A stretch of 64,000 nucleotides of DNA from an uncultured Flavobacteriales bacterium (GCA_964390915.1 CAYMJL010000010.1:5731-69730); one strand, 5' to 3'. Counted from the stretch's first letter, positions 1 to 11,148 are shown. A program made the numbers and translations. The notes: generated by a model from the letters alone, not told the origin.

Positions 1-24
1 AAAGAAGAAAACCAGCGAGTGAAA

Positions 25-768
25 TCACAATTCAACTTTTTTAGCAACCAGAATCAAACGCGGAGAACGATCTGGTATGAAAGGGTTCAAGTTATAGTCG
101 CCAAATGTATTAATTAATTCAAACCCTGCTTCACTCAATAGTTTCTTGAAATCGCTACGGGTAAGGGCCTGTACCTTTTCCGAGAAATGAAATTCCTTGC
201 CCATGTCGGAAAAAGTAATGTCTTTGGTGATAATACCATCGTTAAGCGTTTTTTCAAGCTTAAATTCAATATTATCAACCATTTTAAGTTCGCTGGCGAC
301 CAAGTTTTTAATAACCATGTCGGCATTGAAAAAATCAATAACCAATCTTCCATCCCAATCAAGCATTTCTTTACAGGCTTTCAGTACCTTCAGGTTTTCC
401 TCTAAGTTTTTGAAGTAGCCAAGACTGGTAAACAAGTTGATAATAAAGCGAAATTTCTCGGGGTATTTTTCACGCATGTCGTGCACCCGGAAACGCAGGG
501 TATCGTTGCTTGCCGCGTTGGCTATTTTTACGTTTTCCTCGGCCAAATCAAGTCCTAAAACGTCGTATCCCTTTTTGTTTAGGTAAATAGAGTGCCTGCC
601 TTGTCCACATGCCAAATCCAGTACTTTATCTCCAGGGTTAAAGTGAAGTGTACGGGCCAGATTTTTTAAAAAGCCTTCGGCCTCCTTCTGATCGCGATTT
701 TTATATAGAATGTGATAATACGGTGAGTTAAACCATTCCTCAAACCAAGCTTTCCCTTTACCCATCAT
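25..768 (-). CDS. class I SAM-dependent methyltransferase
   Basis: 247-aa ORF with SAM-binding motif I (VLDLACGQGRHS) and a Rossmann-type methyltransferase layout. Confidence 0.85.
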   Translation of the reverse strand: MMGKGKAWFEEWFNSPYYHILYKNRDQKEAEGFLKNLARTLHFNPGDKVLDLACGQGRHSIYLNKKGYDVLGLDLAEENVKIANAASNDTLRFRVHDMREKYPEKFRFIINLFTSLGYFKNLEENLKVLKACKEMLDWDGRLVIDFFNADMVIKNLVASELKMVDNIEFKLEKTLNDGIITKDITFSDMGKEFHFSEKVQALTRSDFKKLLSEAGFELINTFGDYNLNPFIPDRSPRLILVAKKVEL

Positions 769-825
769 TTACCATTAAGTCGGCAAAAATGGTGATTTTT
801 CTTATTTTGGACTAACTTGTAGCCT

Positions 826-1797
826 ATGAAACGTATTGGATTATTAACATCTGGGGGCGATTCGCCCGGAATGAATGCCTGTATCCGAGCTGTGGTCCGT
901 ACCGCTTCCTATCACAAGGTAGACGTTTATGGAATTACGCAAGGGTATAATGGCTTGATTAACGGTTTGTTACGGAAGTTGGAGCCGAAAGATGTAAGCA
1001 ACATCATTCAACGTGGAGGAACTATTTTGGAGACGGCACGGTGCAAGGAATTTCATACCGTTGAAGGAAGAAAAAAAGCATTCGCCAATCTGGAAAAGCA
1101 CCAAATTGATGCTTTGGTGCTTATAGGCGGTGACGGAACCTATACTGGAGCTAAAATTTTTGAGCAAGAATTTGGTACAAAATGCATTGGTATTCCGGGT
1201 ACGATAGACAATGATTTGTATGGAACGGATAATACCATTGGTTATGACACTGCCTTAAATACCGTGGTGGAAGCTGTCGATAAAATTAGGGACACCGCTT
1301 CTAGCCATCATCGATTGTTTATAGTCGAAGTAATGGGACGCGATGCCGGGTTTATTGCTTTAAGAAGTGGGATAGGTGTAGGCGCTGAGGCCATTTTGGT
1401 TCCCGAAACACCTACTTACATCGACCATTTAATTGCCAAGTTGGAAGCCGATTTTAGGCAGGATAAAAACAGTGCCATAATTATTGTTGCCGAAGGTGAT
1501 GATTTTGGTGGAGCCAATCAGGTTGCCGAGGCGGTAAAGCAGCGGTTCGATAAGTTCGACATTCGTGTATCAATTCTGGGTCATATTCAGCGTGGTGGCA
1601 GCCCATCGGCCTACGATAGGGTATTGGCCAGCCAATTGGGTTTCGAGGCGGTTAATGCCTTGGTGGCTGGTAAATCGGGGGTGGCCGTAGGTTTAGTAAA
1701 CAATGAAATCGTTTTCACTCCTTTTGAAAGTGCGATAAAACACCATTTGCAGCTGAACCAAAACTTGCTACGCATGGCCGAAATATTGTCGCTTTAA
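826..1797 (+). CDS. pfkA: ATP-dependent 6-phosphofructokinase
   Basis: 323 aa with the motifs LTSGGDSPGMNA, GGDGT, GIPGTIDND and MGR typical of PfkA. Confidence 0.93.
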   Translation: MKRIGLLTSGGDSPGMNACIRAVVRTASYHKVDVYGITQGYNGLINGLLRKLEPKDVSNIIQRGGTILETARCKEFHTVEGRKKAFANLEKHQIDALVLIGGDGTYTGAKIFEQEFGTKCIGIPGTIDNDLYGTDNTIGYDTALNTVVEAVDKIRDTASSHHRLFIVEVMGRDAGFIALRSGIGVGAEAILVPETPTYIDHLIAKLEADFRQDKNSAIIIVAEGDDFGGANQVAEAVKQRFDKFDIRVSILGHIQRGGSPSAYDRVLASQLGFEAVNALVAGKSGVAVGLVNNEIVFTPFESAIKHHLQLNQNLLRMAEILSL

Positions 1798-2096
1798 TAG
1801 AAAAAAAGGAAGACAATAATTGGAACATAAACAAAAGTAGCACCCAAAATGCCTTGCGCACCGCGCTCCCAATTCAGCTTTAAGAAAAGGAAAAACAAGC
1901 CAAGGTTAAACAGCAGGCTTAAGGTTGCAATAGGCGACTGGTAGGGTTTTGTACCAAAAAACACATCGGTAACAAAGTAGGACATGCTGGTTAAAAACCG
2001 GTAACAAAAGTAAAGCCCGTAAAGGAAAAACCCAATGAGGGGACCAATAAGTCCCACAATCATTCCAGCCGCGAAAGTATTGAGTTTATTGGCCAT
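1794..2096 (-). CDS. small integral membrane protein, function unknown
   Basis: 100-aa ORF with three hydrophobic helices. It fits exactly between pfkA and surE and overlaps surE by 11 nt. Confidence 0.5.
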   Translation of the reverse strand: MANKLNTFAAGMIVGLIGPLIGFFLYGLYFCYRFLTSMSYFVTDVFFGTKPYQSPIATLSLLFNLGLFFLFLKLNWERGAQGILGATFVYVPIIVFLFFY

Positions 2097-2859
2097 AGTT
2101 CCAACTATTTAGTTGCGAAATGGCGTGATGTGCGGTCATGTCAAACTGAACAGGAACCACAGAAACATAGTTGTGGTCGAGCGCCCAAACATCGGTGTCT
2201 TCGCCTTTATCTCTTCCTTCAAACATGCCTGTAAGCCAGAAGTAACTATTTCCGTGGGGGTCTTTTCGTTTTTCATAGCTGTCGGCCCAATAGGCTTCAG
2301 CTTGTCGGCAAACCTTTATCCCTTTAATCTCGTTTAACGCCACTGCCGGAAAATTCACGTTCAAGCAAGTTTTTGTTGGGAAATCGTTTTCCAATGCCCC
2401 TTTGATAATTATTTTGGCATAATGCACTGCGGCTTCAAAATTTGCCTCCCACGAAAAATCGCAAAGTGAGAATCCTATACTTGGAATGCCTTCCATTGCC
2501 CCTTCAACTGCCGCCGACATGGTTCCGGAATACAATACGTTGATTGAATTATTGGCACCGTGATTAATGCCCGACACCAAAAGCGTTGGACGTCTTTTAA
2601 CCAAGTGGGTCACTGCCAGTTTTACACAATCGACCGGAGTTCCTGAGCAGCCGTAGGCTTCGACACCTTTAAATCGGTCGACTTTATGAATGCGAAGAAT
2701 GTTACCTACCGTTATGGCGTGTCCCATCCCAGATTGCGGCTTGTCGGGGGCTACAACCACTACCTCGCCAAAATCTTTCACGGCTTCTACCAAGGCAAGA
2801 ATGCCTGGTGAAGAATAACTGTCGTCGTTGGTAACTAATATCAAAGGTTTTTGCTGCAT
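2086..2859 (-). CDS. surE: 5'/3'-nucleotidase SurE
   Basis: Motifs ILVTNDDSYSSPGI and GINHGANNS. I chose the internal ATG at 2859 (MQQKPLILVTNDD) over the ORF start at 2904. Confidence 0.9.
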   Translation of the reverse strand: MQQKPLILVTNDDSYSSPGILALVEAVKDFGEVVVVAPDKPQSGMGHAITVGNILRIHKVDRFKGVEAYGCSGTPVDCVKLAVTHLVKRRPTLLVSGINHGANNSINVLYSGTMSAAVEGAMEGIPSIGFSLCDFSWEANFEAAVHYAKIIIKGALENDFPTKTCLNVNFPAVALNEIKGIKVCRQAEAYWADSYEKRKDPHGNSYFWLTGMFEGRDKGEDTDVWALDHNYVSVVPVQFDMTAHHAISQLNSWNYGQ

Positions 2860-3030
2860 GTGGCAAATGTAATAGCTAAGGTCATTTTTAACGCAGTTGT
2901 GCAAATTTTAATCTCACTGAACCATGAGGAAAAGATGTCCCGACTTAAGCATTTGATTATTGAAAAAGGTTACAAGTGGATAACAGAAACTTGAGCAAAT
3001 TCCGTTATTTAGCGTTAAATAGCTTTTACT

Positions 3031-4611
3031 ATGAATGTTAAATTCCTTTTCGGTGTTACAATGCTTTTTTGCTCGACCGTTATGTTGGCGCAAGAAACAA
3101 CAACGGTGCCTTCGAAAATTAAATCGGCAACCATCTATTTGAACCAAGCCGAAGTGCACAATGCCGCACAGGTTGTTTTAAAACCAGGCTTAAACAATTT
3201 GGTTTTCAATAATTTAACACCATTTCTGGATGTTAATAGTCTTAAAATTAATGCAGACAAGGAAGTGACCATTACCGGGGTGAATGTGTCAACCAATTTT
3301 CTTGATGACGCAGAAATGCCGGCGGGTTTCAAGGAACTGGATGCAAAACTAAAAGAGGCTGAACTGAACTTAGAGATTCGGAAATCGTACAAAAAAGTTT
3401 ACGAAGAGGAGCGCTCCCTTATTGTGTCGAACAAAACCATTTTGGGTGGCGATAGTAAATTGACACCTGAGGATTTGAGCGATTTGGCCAACATTTACCG
3501 TACCCGGTTGAAGGAAATTGAAATTAAGATCATAGAAATTGGTCACGAAGAACAGAAATTATCCAAGGAAATAGAAAAGTACCAAGCACAAATGGGTGAC
3601 CGCCGTAATAATTTGGTGCAAAACCGAAACGAAGTGGAAGTGACGGTTTATAGTAAAGCCGGGCAAACGGTAAACTTTGACCTTAATTATCTGGTGACAA
3701 ATGCCGGCTGGGTGCCAACGTACGAAATTAGAACTGATGACAATTCAGGTGCGGTAAAATTGGTCTACAAAGCCAATGTTTTTCAATCAACTGGAATTGA
3801 TTGGAGCGAAGTTAAATTGACGCTTTCTACTGGAAATCCAGCCAATAACGGAACACAGCCACAGTTAAATCCAGATTATGTAGGGTATAGAGAACTGAGA
3901 ACTCGAGGGGCAAGAGCTGAAATGAATATGAAAGCGATGTCGATTCAGGATGATGTAACCGACGAACGAGTTGATGGCTTACCACCGATAAGGGTAATTG
4001 AAGGCAATGTAAATGTATATTTTGAAATTAGTGTTCCATATCAGGTTTCAAGTACCAATAGACCAACGGCTGTAGAAATTCAGCAGTTTAACCTCACTGC
4101 CGATTTGCAGCACTTGAGTATTCCGAAGTTAGAGCGCGATGTTTTTTTATTGGCCGGAATTAATGGTTGGGAAAAGCTGAACCTGTTGCCCGGACTGGCC
4201 AATGTTTATTACGGCAATAATTTTGTTGGCCAAAGCTTCATTGACCCAGCCGAAACTGAAGAGAAGTTGGAGGTTTCATTGGGCCGTGACAAATCAGTTG
4301 TGGTAGAAAGGAAAGACCTGAATGAAGTAAGTAAAGACGCCAGTTTGTTAGGGAACAACAAAAAGAGTTTTCACTATAAATTCAGCGTTAAAAACACCAA
4401 ACAACGGGCCATTACCATTCGGGTAGAAGACCAAATGCCGCTATCGACCAATACGGATATTGTGGTTGAGCACGAGAATTTGAGTGGCGGACAATTAAAC
4501 CCGGAAACGGGCATTATTAGCTGGAATATTGTGTTACAGGCAGGGGAATCAAGAGATTTTGAACTGAAGTACTTCATTAAATTTCCGAAGGGAACAAAAA
4601 TTGACCATTAA
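3031..4611 (+). CDS. secreted DUF4139-like (mucoidy-inhibitor MuiA-like) protein
   Basis: 526 aa with an N-terminal signal peptide, a central coiled-coil segment and a beta-rich C-terminus, resembling the DUF4140/DUF4139 family. Confidence 0.6.
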   Translation: MNVKFLFGVTMLFCSTVMLAQETTTVPSKIKSATIYLNQAEVHNAAQVVLKPGLNNLVFNNLTPFLDVNSLKINADKEVTITGVNVSTNFLDDAEMPAGFKELDAKLKEAELNLEIRKSYKKVYEEERSLIVSNKTILGGDSKLTPEDLSDLANIYRTRLKEIEIKIIEIGHEEQKLSKEIEKYQAQMGDRRNNLVQNRNEVEVTVYSKAGQTVNFDLNYLVTNAGWVPTYEIRTDDNSGAVKLVYKANVFQSTGIDWSEVKLTLSTGNPANNGTQPQLNPDYVGYRELRTRGARAEMNMKAMSIQDDVTDERVDGLPPIRVIEGNVNVYFEISVPYQVSSTNRPTAVEIQQFNLTADLQHLSIPKLERDVFLLAGINGWEKLNLLPGLANVYYGNNFVGQSFIDPAETEEKLEVSLGRDKSVVVERKDLNEVSKDASLLGNNKKSFHYKFSVKNTKQRAITIRVEDQMPLSTNTDIVVEHENLSGGQLNPETGIISWNIVLQAGESRDFELKYFIKFPKGTKIDH

Positions 4612-4714
4612 ACTGATTTCGCAGTATTTGTAACCGGTAAAAACAGGGAATTAATCGATAGAAATGGCCTAGTGTTTAGTTATTGGTTAAATTGGTGGTA
4701 AATCGATAATTATA

Positions 4715-7700
4715 ATGCGATTCACCTCAACCACGTGGTTTGTAAACATACTGGCAGCACTCATCTATTTTGTTAGCGACAGAATAGGTCTTTTTCTTGC
4801 TTTCGATCAAACCAACGCTTCTCCGGTTTGGCCAGCTTCCGGCTTGGCCATTATAATGGTTTTATTGTGGGGTTACCGAATTTTACCTGGAATCTGGTTG
4901 GGGGCTATTGTCGCCAATTTTATGGCTGTTTCGGGCAATGGCTTTGACGACCCAACCAAGGTTATTTTAATTTCGCTGGGCGTTTCAATCGGTAACATTT
5001 CGGAAGCATTTATTGGCGGATTTCTAGTTAAGAAATACCTAAAAATAGAGCAGGGCTTTACAGCATATTATGAGGTTTTTGGGTTTGTTTTAGCCGCATT
5101 TGCAGCGGCACTTGCTGCAAGCGTTATAGCAATTTCTACCTTTTGTCTGGGTGGGGTAATTTCATGGGATAAGGCTTTTATTCCTTTAATAACTTGGTTT
5201 TTAGGCGATTTCTCAGCCATTGTTCTTTTGGTTCCTTTGGTTTTATTGTGGCGGGTAAAAACCAACGATGTGCGAATTTCAAAGCCGGTAGAATTTTGGT
5301 TAAACCTTGCTCTTGTTGCGTTTTTAACTTGGTATATTTTTATTGATCGGCAAACCTCGGAAGCCCAAACGTTAAAAACCTATTTTATTCTCCCTTGCCT
5401 TATGTGGGCTGCGTTTAGGTTCAGTAGAAGGGAAATCACGGTAATATTAAATTTTGTTGCTCTTGTGGTTATTCTGGGTACTGCTTTAGGGCGTGGACCC
5501 TTTATTTCCAATAATCTGCAGCAGTCATTAATCGAGCTGCAGGTATTCATCGTTGTAATTTATATTTCCTTCCTGAGTTTGTCGGTTATTCTTTTTCAAT
5601 ACAATGAAAATTTAAAGCAACTGGAATTAGGAGGGAAGGAGCTATCCCTTAAAGTTGAAGAACGAACTAAGGAGTTGAGTTATCAAATAGAAGAGCACAA
5701 ACGTACCGCGCACGAATTGGCTATCATGCAAGAAGAGTTTGTTCAGGCATGCGAAATTGCCAAATTAGGTCATTTCCAATGGGATGTGATTCAAAACAAA
5801 CTCTATTGGTCGGACCAGGTATATGAGATTTTTGGTGTGAATAGTAATGTGGTTGACGTAAGTTATCAAACCTATCAAGAGCGCCTGTACCCATTGGACA
5901 GGGATTATGTCAATGAGGTGCTGACCCACTCATTTGAAAGTAAACAACCGTATTCCATCTATCATAGAATAGTTCAGCAATCGACCAGTAATGTTCGGTG
6001 GGTGCATTCACGTGGTTCGGTAGTAACTAATGACAAAGGTGAAGTTGTGCAAATGCTTGGGACAGTTATAGACGTTACCGATATAAAAGAAAAGGAGTTG
6101 CTTAATGAGCATTTGGCGGAGATTATTGAGAACTCTTCTGATGGAATATTGAGCTTGGCTACCGACGGCACTATTGTAAGTCGCAATAAGGCTGCCGAGA
6201 TTATGTTGGGTTGGAACGGGAAAAATGTGGTTGGCGCAAATTTTTTTGATCGCTGGCCCTTTTTAACTGCCAAGGAGTCGGGTTTAAACAGAATGAAAAG
6301 TGCTTTAAATGGCCACGTTCTGACGGTCGATGAGCAAATTTTGAATGGAAATGGCGTTACCGAAATGGATGTGTGGGTTACTTATTCACCAATTCGAGCC
6401 AATAATGGTGCGGTTGGCGGGGTTTCTTTAATTGTGAGGGACATAACCGAAAGAAAAGAGAAAGAAGATACCCGGTTTAAATTAATTGTCGATTCTGCTC
6501 CAAACGTCATTATTCTTGTGAATCAAGAAGGGACAATTGAAATGGCCAATTCGCAGGTGGAAAAAACATTTGGCTATAACCAAGCTGAGCTTATCGGACA
6601 GAATATGGGGATTATTTTCCCTGAGCGATTTCGAGATAACATAGATCCAATTAACCCAAGTTTTTTTCATTTTCTGGAGTCAGTTAGTAGTTCTGCGCGG
6701 CAAGATGTTTTTGTGTTAGATAAATCAGGGATTGAAATTCCGGTCGAGTTAAGGCTAAGTCCAATTGAAATTGCAGGTGGCGAAATGATGCTGGTTTCTA
6801 TAGCAGATATCACCAGTCTTAAAAAAATGGAAGAGGCTAGACGTGAGCAGGAAGTGGTAAAAGAAACCGTTCGACTCAAAGATCAGTTTATGGCCAATAT
6901 GAGTCACGAAATTAGAACACCCATGAATGCTATTGTGGGTTTCACTGATTTGTTAGATAAAACGGAATTAAAACCAGAACAAAGAGATTACCTCTGGGCA
7001 ATAAAATCATCAGGAATTAATTTACTGACCATTATTAATGATATTCTCGATTTGTCGCGTATTCACGAGGGTAGAATTCAACTAGAACGTCTGGCTATGT
7101 CGGTTCCTGACATAGCGCGTAATTTGAGTGAAATATTTGGCCCGCGTGCTAAAGAAAAAAATTTGGAACTAGTTTATACGAGCGTGGTACCCGAAAATTT
7201 GGTGGTGTGGGGAGACCCGGTTCGTTTGTCCCAAATTTTGATGAATTTATTGAGTAACGCGCTAAAATTTACCGAACATGGAAAAGTGGAGTTGGGAATG
7301 CGTGTGGCTGAAGAGGATGAGAAATACATTAGTTTGGAGTTTTGGGTAAAGGACACTGGAATTGGTATTCCGCACGATAAGTTGGTTGATGTTTTTGATC
7401 GATTTACCCAAGCCAGTTCAGACACTACCAGAAAATATGGCGGTACGGGCTTAGGCTTAAGCATTGTAAAAGGACTTATTGACATTCAGGGCGGAACGGT
7501 TGATGTAGAAAGTAAGGTTGGTGAGGGAACTAAGTTTGTGTTCAGCATCGAATACGAGCGGTATTTGGAAAGCGAGGAGTTTGTCTCCAAGCCTAGTCAC
7601 CCGGTGAATAACGGTTTTGAGAATAATATTCTAGGCTTGAAAATTTTGCTGGTGGAGGACAATAAGCTAAATCAAAAACTAGCCGCTACGGTGCTCTCTA

Positions 7701-8008
7701 AAAATGGGGGAATTGTAGAAGTGGTAGAAAATGGAGAAGAAGCAGTAAAGAAACTTGCTAGCGGTGCGCAATACAATGTGGTTCTTATGGACATTCAAAT
7801 GCCGATTATGGATGGATATGAGGCAACCAAGGCCATTCGCGAAAAACTGCATAACAACATCCCTATTGTAGCCATGACTGCCCACGCCATGGCTGGGGAA
7901 AGGGATAAATGCTTGAGTTTGGGGATGAACGATTATTTGTCAAAACCGTTTCAACAAGATCAACTCATTCAAATAATTTTGACCAATTCGGTAAAAATAG
8001 AAGCATAA
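4715..8008 (+). CDS. hybrid sensor histidine kinase/response regulator (MASE1-like membrane domain, PAS repeats, HisKA, HATPase, REC)
   Basis: 1097 aa with a multi-helix N-terminus and a coiled coil. It has about 3 PAS-like blocks, H-box SHEIRTPMNAI, G-boxes DTGIGI and GGTGLGLSI, and receiver motif VLMDIQMPIMDG. Confidence 0.9.
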   Translation: MRFTSTTWFVNILAALIYFVSDRIGLFLAFDQTNASPVWPASGLAIIMVLLWGYRILPGIWLGAIVANFMAVSGNGFDDPTKVILISLGVSIGNISEAFIGGFLVKKYLKIEQGFTAYYEVFGFVLAAFAAALAASVIAISTFCLGGVISWDKAFIPLITWFLGDFSAIVLLVPLVLLWRVKTNDVRISKPVEFWLNLALVAFLTWYIFIDRQTSEAQTLKTYFILPCLMWAAFRFSRREITVILNFVALVVILGTALGRGPFISNNLQQSLIELQVFIVVIYISFLSLSVILFQYNENLKQLELGGKELSLKVEERTKELSYQIEEHKRTAHELAIMQEEFVQACEIAKLGHFQWDVIQNKLYWSDQVYEIFGVNSNVVDVSYQTYQERLYPLDRDYVNEVLTHSFESKQPYSIYHRIVQQSTSNVRWVHSRGSVVTNDKGEVVQMLGTVIDVTDIKEKELLNEHLAEIIENSSDGILSLATDGTIVSRNKAAEIMLGWNGKNVVGANFFDRWPFLTAKESGLNRMKSALNGHVLTVDEQILNGNGVTEMDVWVTYSPIRANNGAVGGVSLIVRDITERKEKEDTRFKLIVDSAPNVIILVNQEGTIEMANSQVEKTFGYNQAELIGQNMGIIFPERFRDNIDPINPSFFHFLESVSSSARQDVFVLDKSGIEIPVELRLSPIEIAGGEMMLVSIADITSLKKMEEARREQEVVKETVRLKDQFMANMSHEIRTPMNAIVGFTDLLDKTELKPEQRDYLWAIKSSGINLLTIINDILDLSRIHEGRIQLERLAMSVPDIARNLSEIFGPRAKEKNLELVYTSVVPENLVVWGDPVRLSQILMNLLSNALKFTEHGKVELGMRVAEEDEKYISLEFWVKDTGIGIPHDKLVDVFDRFTQASSDTTRKYGGTGLGLSIVKGLIDIQGGTVDVESKVGEGTKFVFSIEYERYLESEEFVSKPSHPVNNGFENNILGLKILLVEDNKLNQKLAATVLSKNGGIVEVVENGEEAVKKLASGAQYNVVLMDIQMPIMDGYEATKAIREKLHNNIPIVAMTAHAMAGERDKCLSLGMNDYLSKPFQQDQLIQIILTNSVKIEA

Positions 8009-8038
8009 AAAATGCCAGCGAAACCGCTGGCATTTTTT
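8007..8038. terminator. bidirectional stem-loop terminator between the kinase gene and dnaK
   Basis: AAAAAATGCCAGCG-AAAC-CGCTGGCATTTTTT. The stem is GC-rich, with an A-run before it and a T-run after it. Confidence 0.6.
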
Positions 8039-8060
8039 ATATTGGTAATAAGCAATTTGC

Positions 8061-9965
8061 TTATTTTTTCTCGTCTTTTACTTCTTCAAAATCAACATCA
8101 GTCACTTCACTGTCGTTGCCACCAGTTGGTTGACCTTGTTGTTCAGCACCAGGTTGATTACCTGCAGCATACATTTCTTGAGCAGCAGCTTGGAAAACCT
8201 CATTCAACTTGTTCATTGCAGCATCGATAGCAGCAAGATCGGTTTTGTCTTCGTAAGCTTTTTTCAAGTTGTTAAGCGCATCCTCAATTGGCGCCTTTTT
8301 ATCAGCAGGAAGCTTATCGCCAAATTCCTTCAACTGTTTTTCAGTCTGGAAAATAAGGCTGTCGGCTTGGTTAATTTTTTCAACCGCTTCTTTGGCTTTC
8401 ATGTCCGATTCGGCATTTGCTTCAGCCTCACGTCTCATTTTTTCAATTTCTTCTTGAGAAAGTCCTGAAGACGCTTCAATACGAATAGATTGAGATTTTC
8501 CGGTTGCTTTATCTTTTGAAGAAACGTGAAGAATACCGTTGGCATCAATATCAAAAGTCACTTCAATTTGAGGCACACCGCGTTGTGCTGGTGGAATACC
8601 ATCCAGGTGGAAACGGCCAAGTGTTCTGTTGTCTTTCGCCATCGGGCGCTCTCCTTGCAAAATGTGAATTTCAACCGAAGGCTGATTGTCACTAGCGGTA
8701 GAGAAGGTTTCCGATTTTTTGGTCGGGATAGTAGTGTTCGATTCAATTAGTTTGGTAAACACACCACCCATGGTTTCAATACCCAAAGAAAGTGGAGTAA
8801 CATCTAAAAGCAATACATCTTTTACCTCGCCGGTAAGTACACCACCTTGAATGGCAGCACCTACAGCAACTACCTCATCAGGGTTAACACCTTTAGATGG
8901 TTCTTTTCCAAAGAATGCTTTAACCGCGTCCTGAATAGCAGGAATACGGGTTGAACCACCAACTAGAATAATTTCATCAATGTCGGAAGTACTAAGACCT
9001 GCATTTTTAAGTGCAGAACGACATGGTTCGATGGTACGTTTTACCAAATCATCAACCAATTGCTCAAATTTAGCACGAGTTAGCGAGCGCACCAAGTGTT
9101 TAGGTATGCCATCAACCGGCATAATGTATGGCAAGTTGATTTCGGTAGTCGCAGTGCTTGAAAGTTCAATTTTAGCCTTTTCAGCCGCTTCTTTCAAGCG
9201 TTGAAGAGCCATTGGATCTTTGCTAATGTTCAGTCCACCGTTTTCATCTTTAAACTCTTGAACCAACCAGTCAATGATTTTTTGATCAAAGTCATCACCA
9301 CCTAGGTGTGTATCACCGTCGGTCGATTTTACTTCAAATACCCCGTCACCTAATTCAAGTACAGAAACGTCATGTGTACCACCACCACAGTCGAAAACAA
9401 CAATTTTAGAATCGTGGTGTTTTTTGTCCAAGCCGTAAGCCAATGCAGCCGCGGTTGGTTCGTTAATGATACGGCGAACTTTAAGACCGGCAATTTCGCC
9501 AGCTTCTTTCGTTGCCTGACGTTGTGCATCGTTGAAATATGCAGGAACGGTAATAACTGCTTCAGTAACTTCCTGACCAAGGTAATCCTCGGCCGTTTTC
9601 TTCATTTTCTGAAGAATCATGGCAGAAATTTCCTGTGGGGTATATAAACGGTCGTCTATTTTAACACGAGGCGTATTGTTGTCTCCTTTTTCTACTTTAT
9701 AAGGTACACGAGCCATTTCCTTGGTAACCTCATCAAAGCTGTTACCCATGAAACGCTTAATAGACGAAATAGTTTTTTCTGGATTGGTAATGGCCTGGCG
9801 TTTTGCCGGATCACCAATTTTGCGTTCGCCACCGGCTACAAAACCAACAATAGAAGGAGTGGTTCTTTTTCCTTCGCTGTTGGCTATAACAACCGGTTCA
9901 TTTCCTTCCATAACCGAAACACACGAGTTGGTGGTTCCAAGGTCAATGCCAATTATCTTTCCCAT
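8061..9965 (-). CDS. dnaK: molecular chaperone DnaK (Hsp70)
   Basis: 634 aa with GIDLGTTNS, the [11 protein letters not shown] motif and a full Hsp70 layout. Confidence 0.97.
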   Translation of the reverse strand: MGKIIGIDLGTTNSCVSVMEGNEPVVIANSEGKRTTPSIVGFVAGGERKIGDPAKRQAITNPEKTISSIKRFMGNSFDEVTKEMARVPYKVEKGDNNTPRVKIDDRLYTPQEISAMILQKMKKTAEDYLGQEVTEAVITVPAYFNDAQRQATKEAGEIAGLKVRRIINEPTAAALAYGLDKKHHDSKIVVFDCGGGTHDVSVLELGDGVFEVKSTDGDTHLGGDDFDQKIIDWLVQEFKDENGGLNISKDPMALQRLKEAAEKAKIELSSTATTEINLPYIMPVDGIPKHLVRSLTRAKFEQLVDDLVKRTIEPCRSALKNAGLSTSDIDEIILVGGSTRIPAIQDAVKAFFGKEPSKGVNPDEVVAVGAAIQGGVLTGEVKDVLLLDVTPLSLGIETMGGVFTKLIESNTTIPTKKSETFSTASDNQPSVEIHILQGERPMAKDNRTLGRFHLDGIPPAQRGVPQIEVTFDIDANGILHVSSKDKATGKSQSIRIEASSGLSQEEIEKMRREAEANAESDMKAKEAVEKINQADSLIFQTEKQLKEFGDKLPADKKAPIEDALNNLKKAYEDKTDLAAIDAAMNKLNEVFQAAAQEMYAAGNQPGAEQQGQPTGGNDSEVTDVDFEEVKDEKK

Positions 9966-10076
9966 TTTATTTTTTATTGAACTTTAATTAACAAAATAAT
10001 TTTGCAGCCCAACTGACAAGGATTGTGCCATCAGAACATTAAGCTTTCTGCTGTCAGATTTAGTGACAAATGGGCA

Positions 10077-10104
10077 TAAAAAAAGGAGCGAAAGCTCCTT
10101 TTTG
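10077..10104 (-). terminator. stem-loop terminator downstream of the lipoprotein gene
   Basis: AAAAAGGAGC-GAAA-GCTCCTTTTT, 16 nt beyond the stop codon at 10120. Confidence 0.55.
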
Positions 10105-10119
10105 TCATTTTATTCCATG

Positions 10120-11148
10120 TTACTTACATTGGATGTTTGAACGCCCAATTAAATCTGGGTTAATAGAACAAAACTTTAAATCCGCAAACATTGGTGCTAA
10201 TGCCAGATAGATATCGGTAAACTTGTTAAAGGGCTTGGAGTGCATCACATCAATTTTGCTGGCAAACAGGCCAATTCCATTGTTAACATTAGTAAATTCA
10301 GGCTGTTCGGTTAAAATACCGGAAACAGGATTATTTACATCCATGTACGCCTTTAGATCAATGTTGTAATTGATGACATTAATATCGAAGTTGCCAATAA
10401 TGCGCTTTTTAACATTCGGGTCAGGCTTTACTGAGTAAGCAATTTGGTTAAAAAACGAAATTGGCTTATAGGTTAGGCGGCCTGTTGTCGTCTTTCCGAT
10501 TCCTAATTCAATAGTTTTTTCTGCAGAAGTATTGTCGTTGTAAACTTCGGTATAATGGAAGGTAACGAACATTTCAGCTTCAACTGCATGCAAGGCAGAG
10601 CCTATAGCTACGGTAAGATCCTTAAGGTTGGTAGTTGGGGTTTGTTCGTAGTCCTTTTCAACCAAGTTAACATTAAAGTTAGAAGTTGGGGAAGTTATGG
10701 TTGTTTTCGCGACTAGCTGGGTACTAGCACTCACTTCTTTGCCATCCAGAGTAAACAAAATTTTCACCTCATCGAGTTCATCTAACGCAGGCTCGTCAAA
10801 AGTGTAAGCAAATTGGTCGCCGGAGAAAAAAGTACCTTGTTGCTTGCCCGAAATAATGGTGTCGCGTAAAGTGTAGCTTTTTTTAAGAACGCCGTTTCTC
10901 CAGGTTTGAACGATTGGTTGTAACCCTTGGATTCTTGATGAATCGGCAACTTTAGCAAAGTCGAGCGCATTTCCGGTACCTTGAAAGGTTTTACCGATTT
11001 TAATAATGTGCTTGGATTCGTTTTTGTTTAAAATGCCATATATAACGGCAGTTCTAGAGTAGTCGGCATTTACTTTTAATTCGGTTTCACATGCCGTGGT
11101 AAGGCCAATGAGGGCTATGCCAAAAAATAGTTTCCAGTTGTTTTTCAT
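10120..11148 (-). CDS. hypothetical lipoprotein
   Basis: 342 aa with a signal peptide ending in a lipobox-like LTTAC. No family recognised with confidence. Confidence 0.6.
   Translation of the reverse strand: MKNNWKLFFGIALIGLTTACETELKVNADYSRTAVIYGILNKNESKHIIKIGKTFQGTGNALDFAKVADSSRIQGLQPIVQTWRNGVLKKSYTLRDTIISGKQQGTFFSGDQFAYTFDEPALDELDEVKILFTLDGKEVSASTQLVAKTTITSPTSNFNVNLVEKDYEQTPTTNLKDLTVAIGSALHAVEAEMFVTFHYTEVYNDNTSAEKTIELGIGKTTTGRLTYKPISFFNQIAYSVKPDPNVKKRIIGNFDINVINYNIDLKAYMDVNNPVSGILTEQPEFTNVNNGIGLFASKIDVMHSKPFNKFTDIYLALAPMFADLKFCSINPDLIGRSNIQCK

Noticed and set aside
2914-3159. 81-aa minus-strand ORF spanning the surE-DUF4139 intergenic region.
   Set aside because: It overlaps the signal-peptide region of the plus-strand DUF4139-like gene and has no support.
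8130-9987. Multiple 60-112-aa ORFs on the plus strand (8130-8468, 8269-8457, 8504-8750, 8980-9204, 9372-9647, 9721-9987) and minus-frame ORFs (8558-8746, 9350-9580).
   Set aside because: All lie inside or antisense to the unambiguous dnaK gene. Their composition is low-complexity and they carry no motifs, so they are spurious shadow ORFs.
9966-10119. CIRCE/HrcA operator upstream of dnaK.
   Set aside because: No match to TTAGCACTC-N9-GAGTGCTAA. Only a weak 6-bp inverted repeat (CTGACA/TGTCAG) is present.
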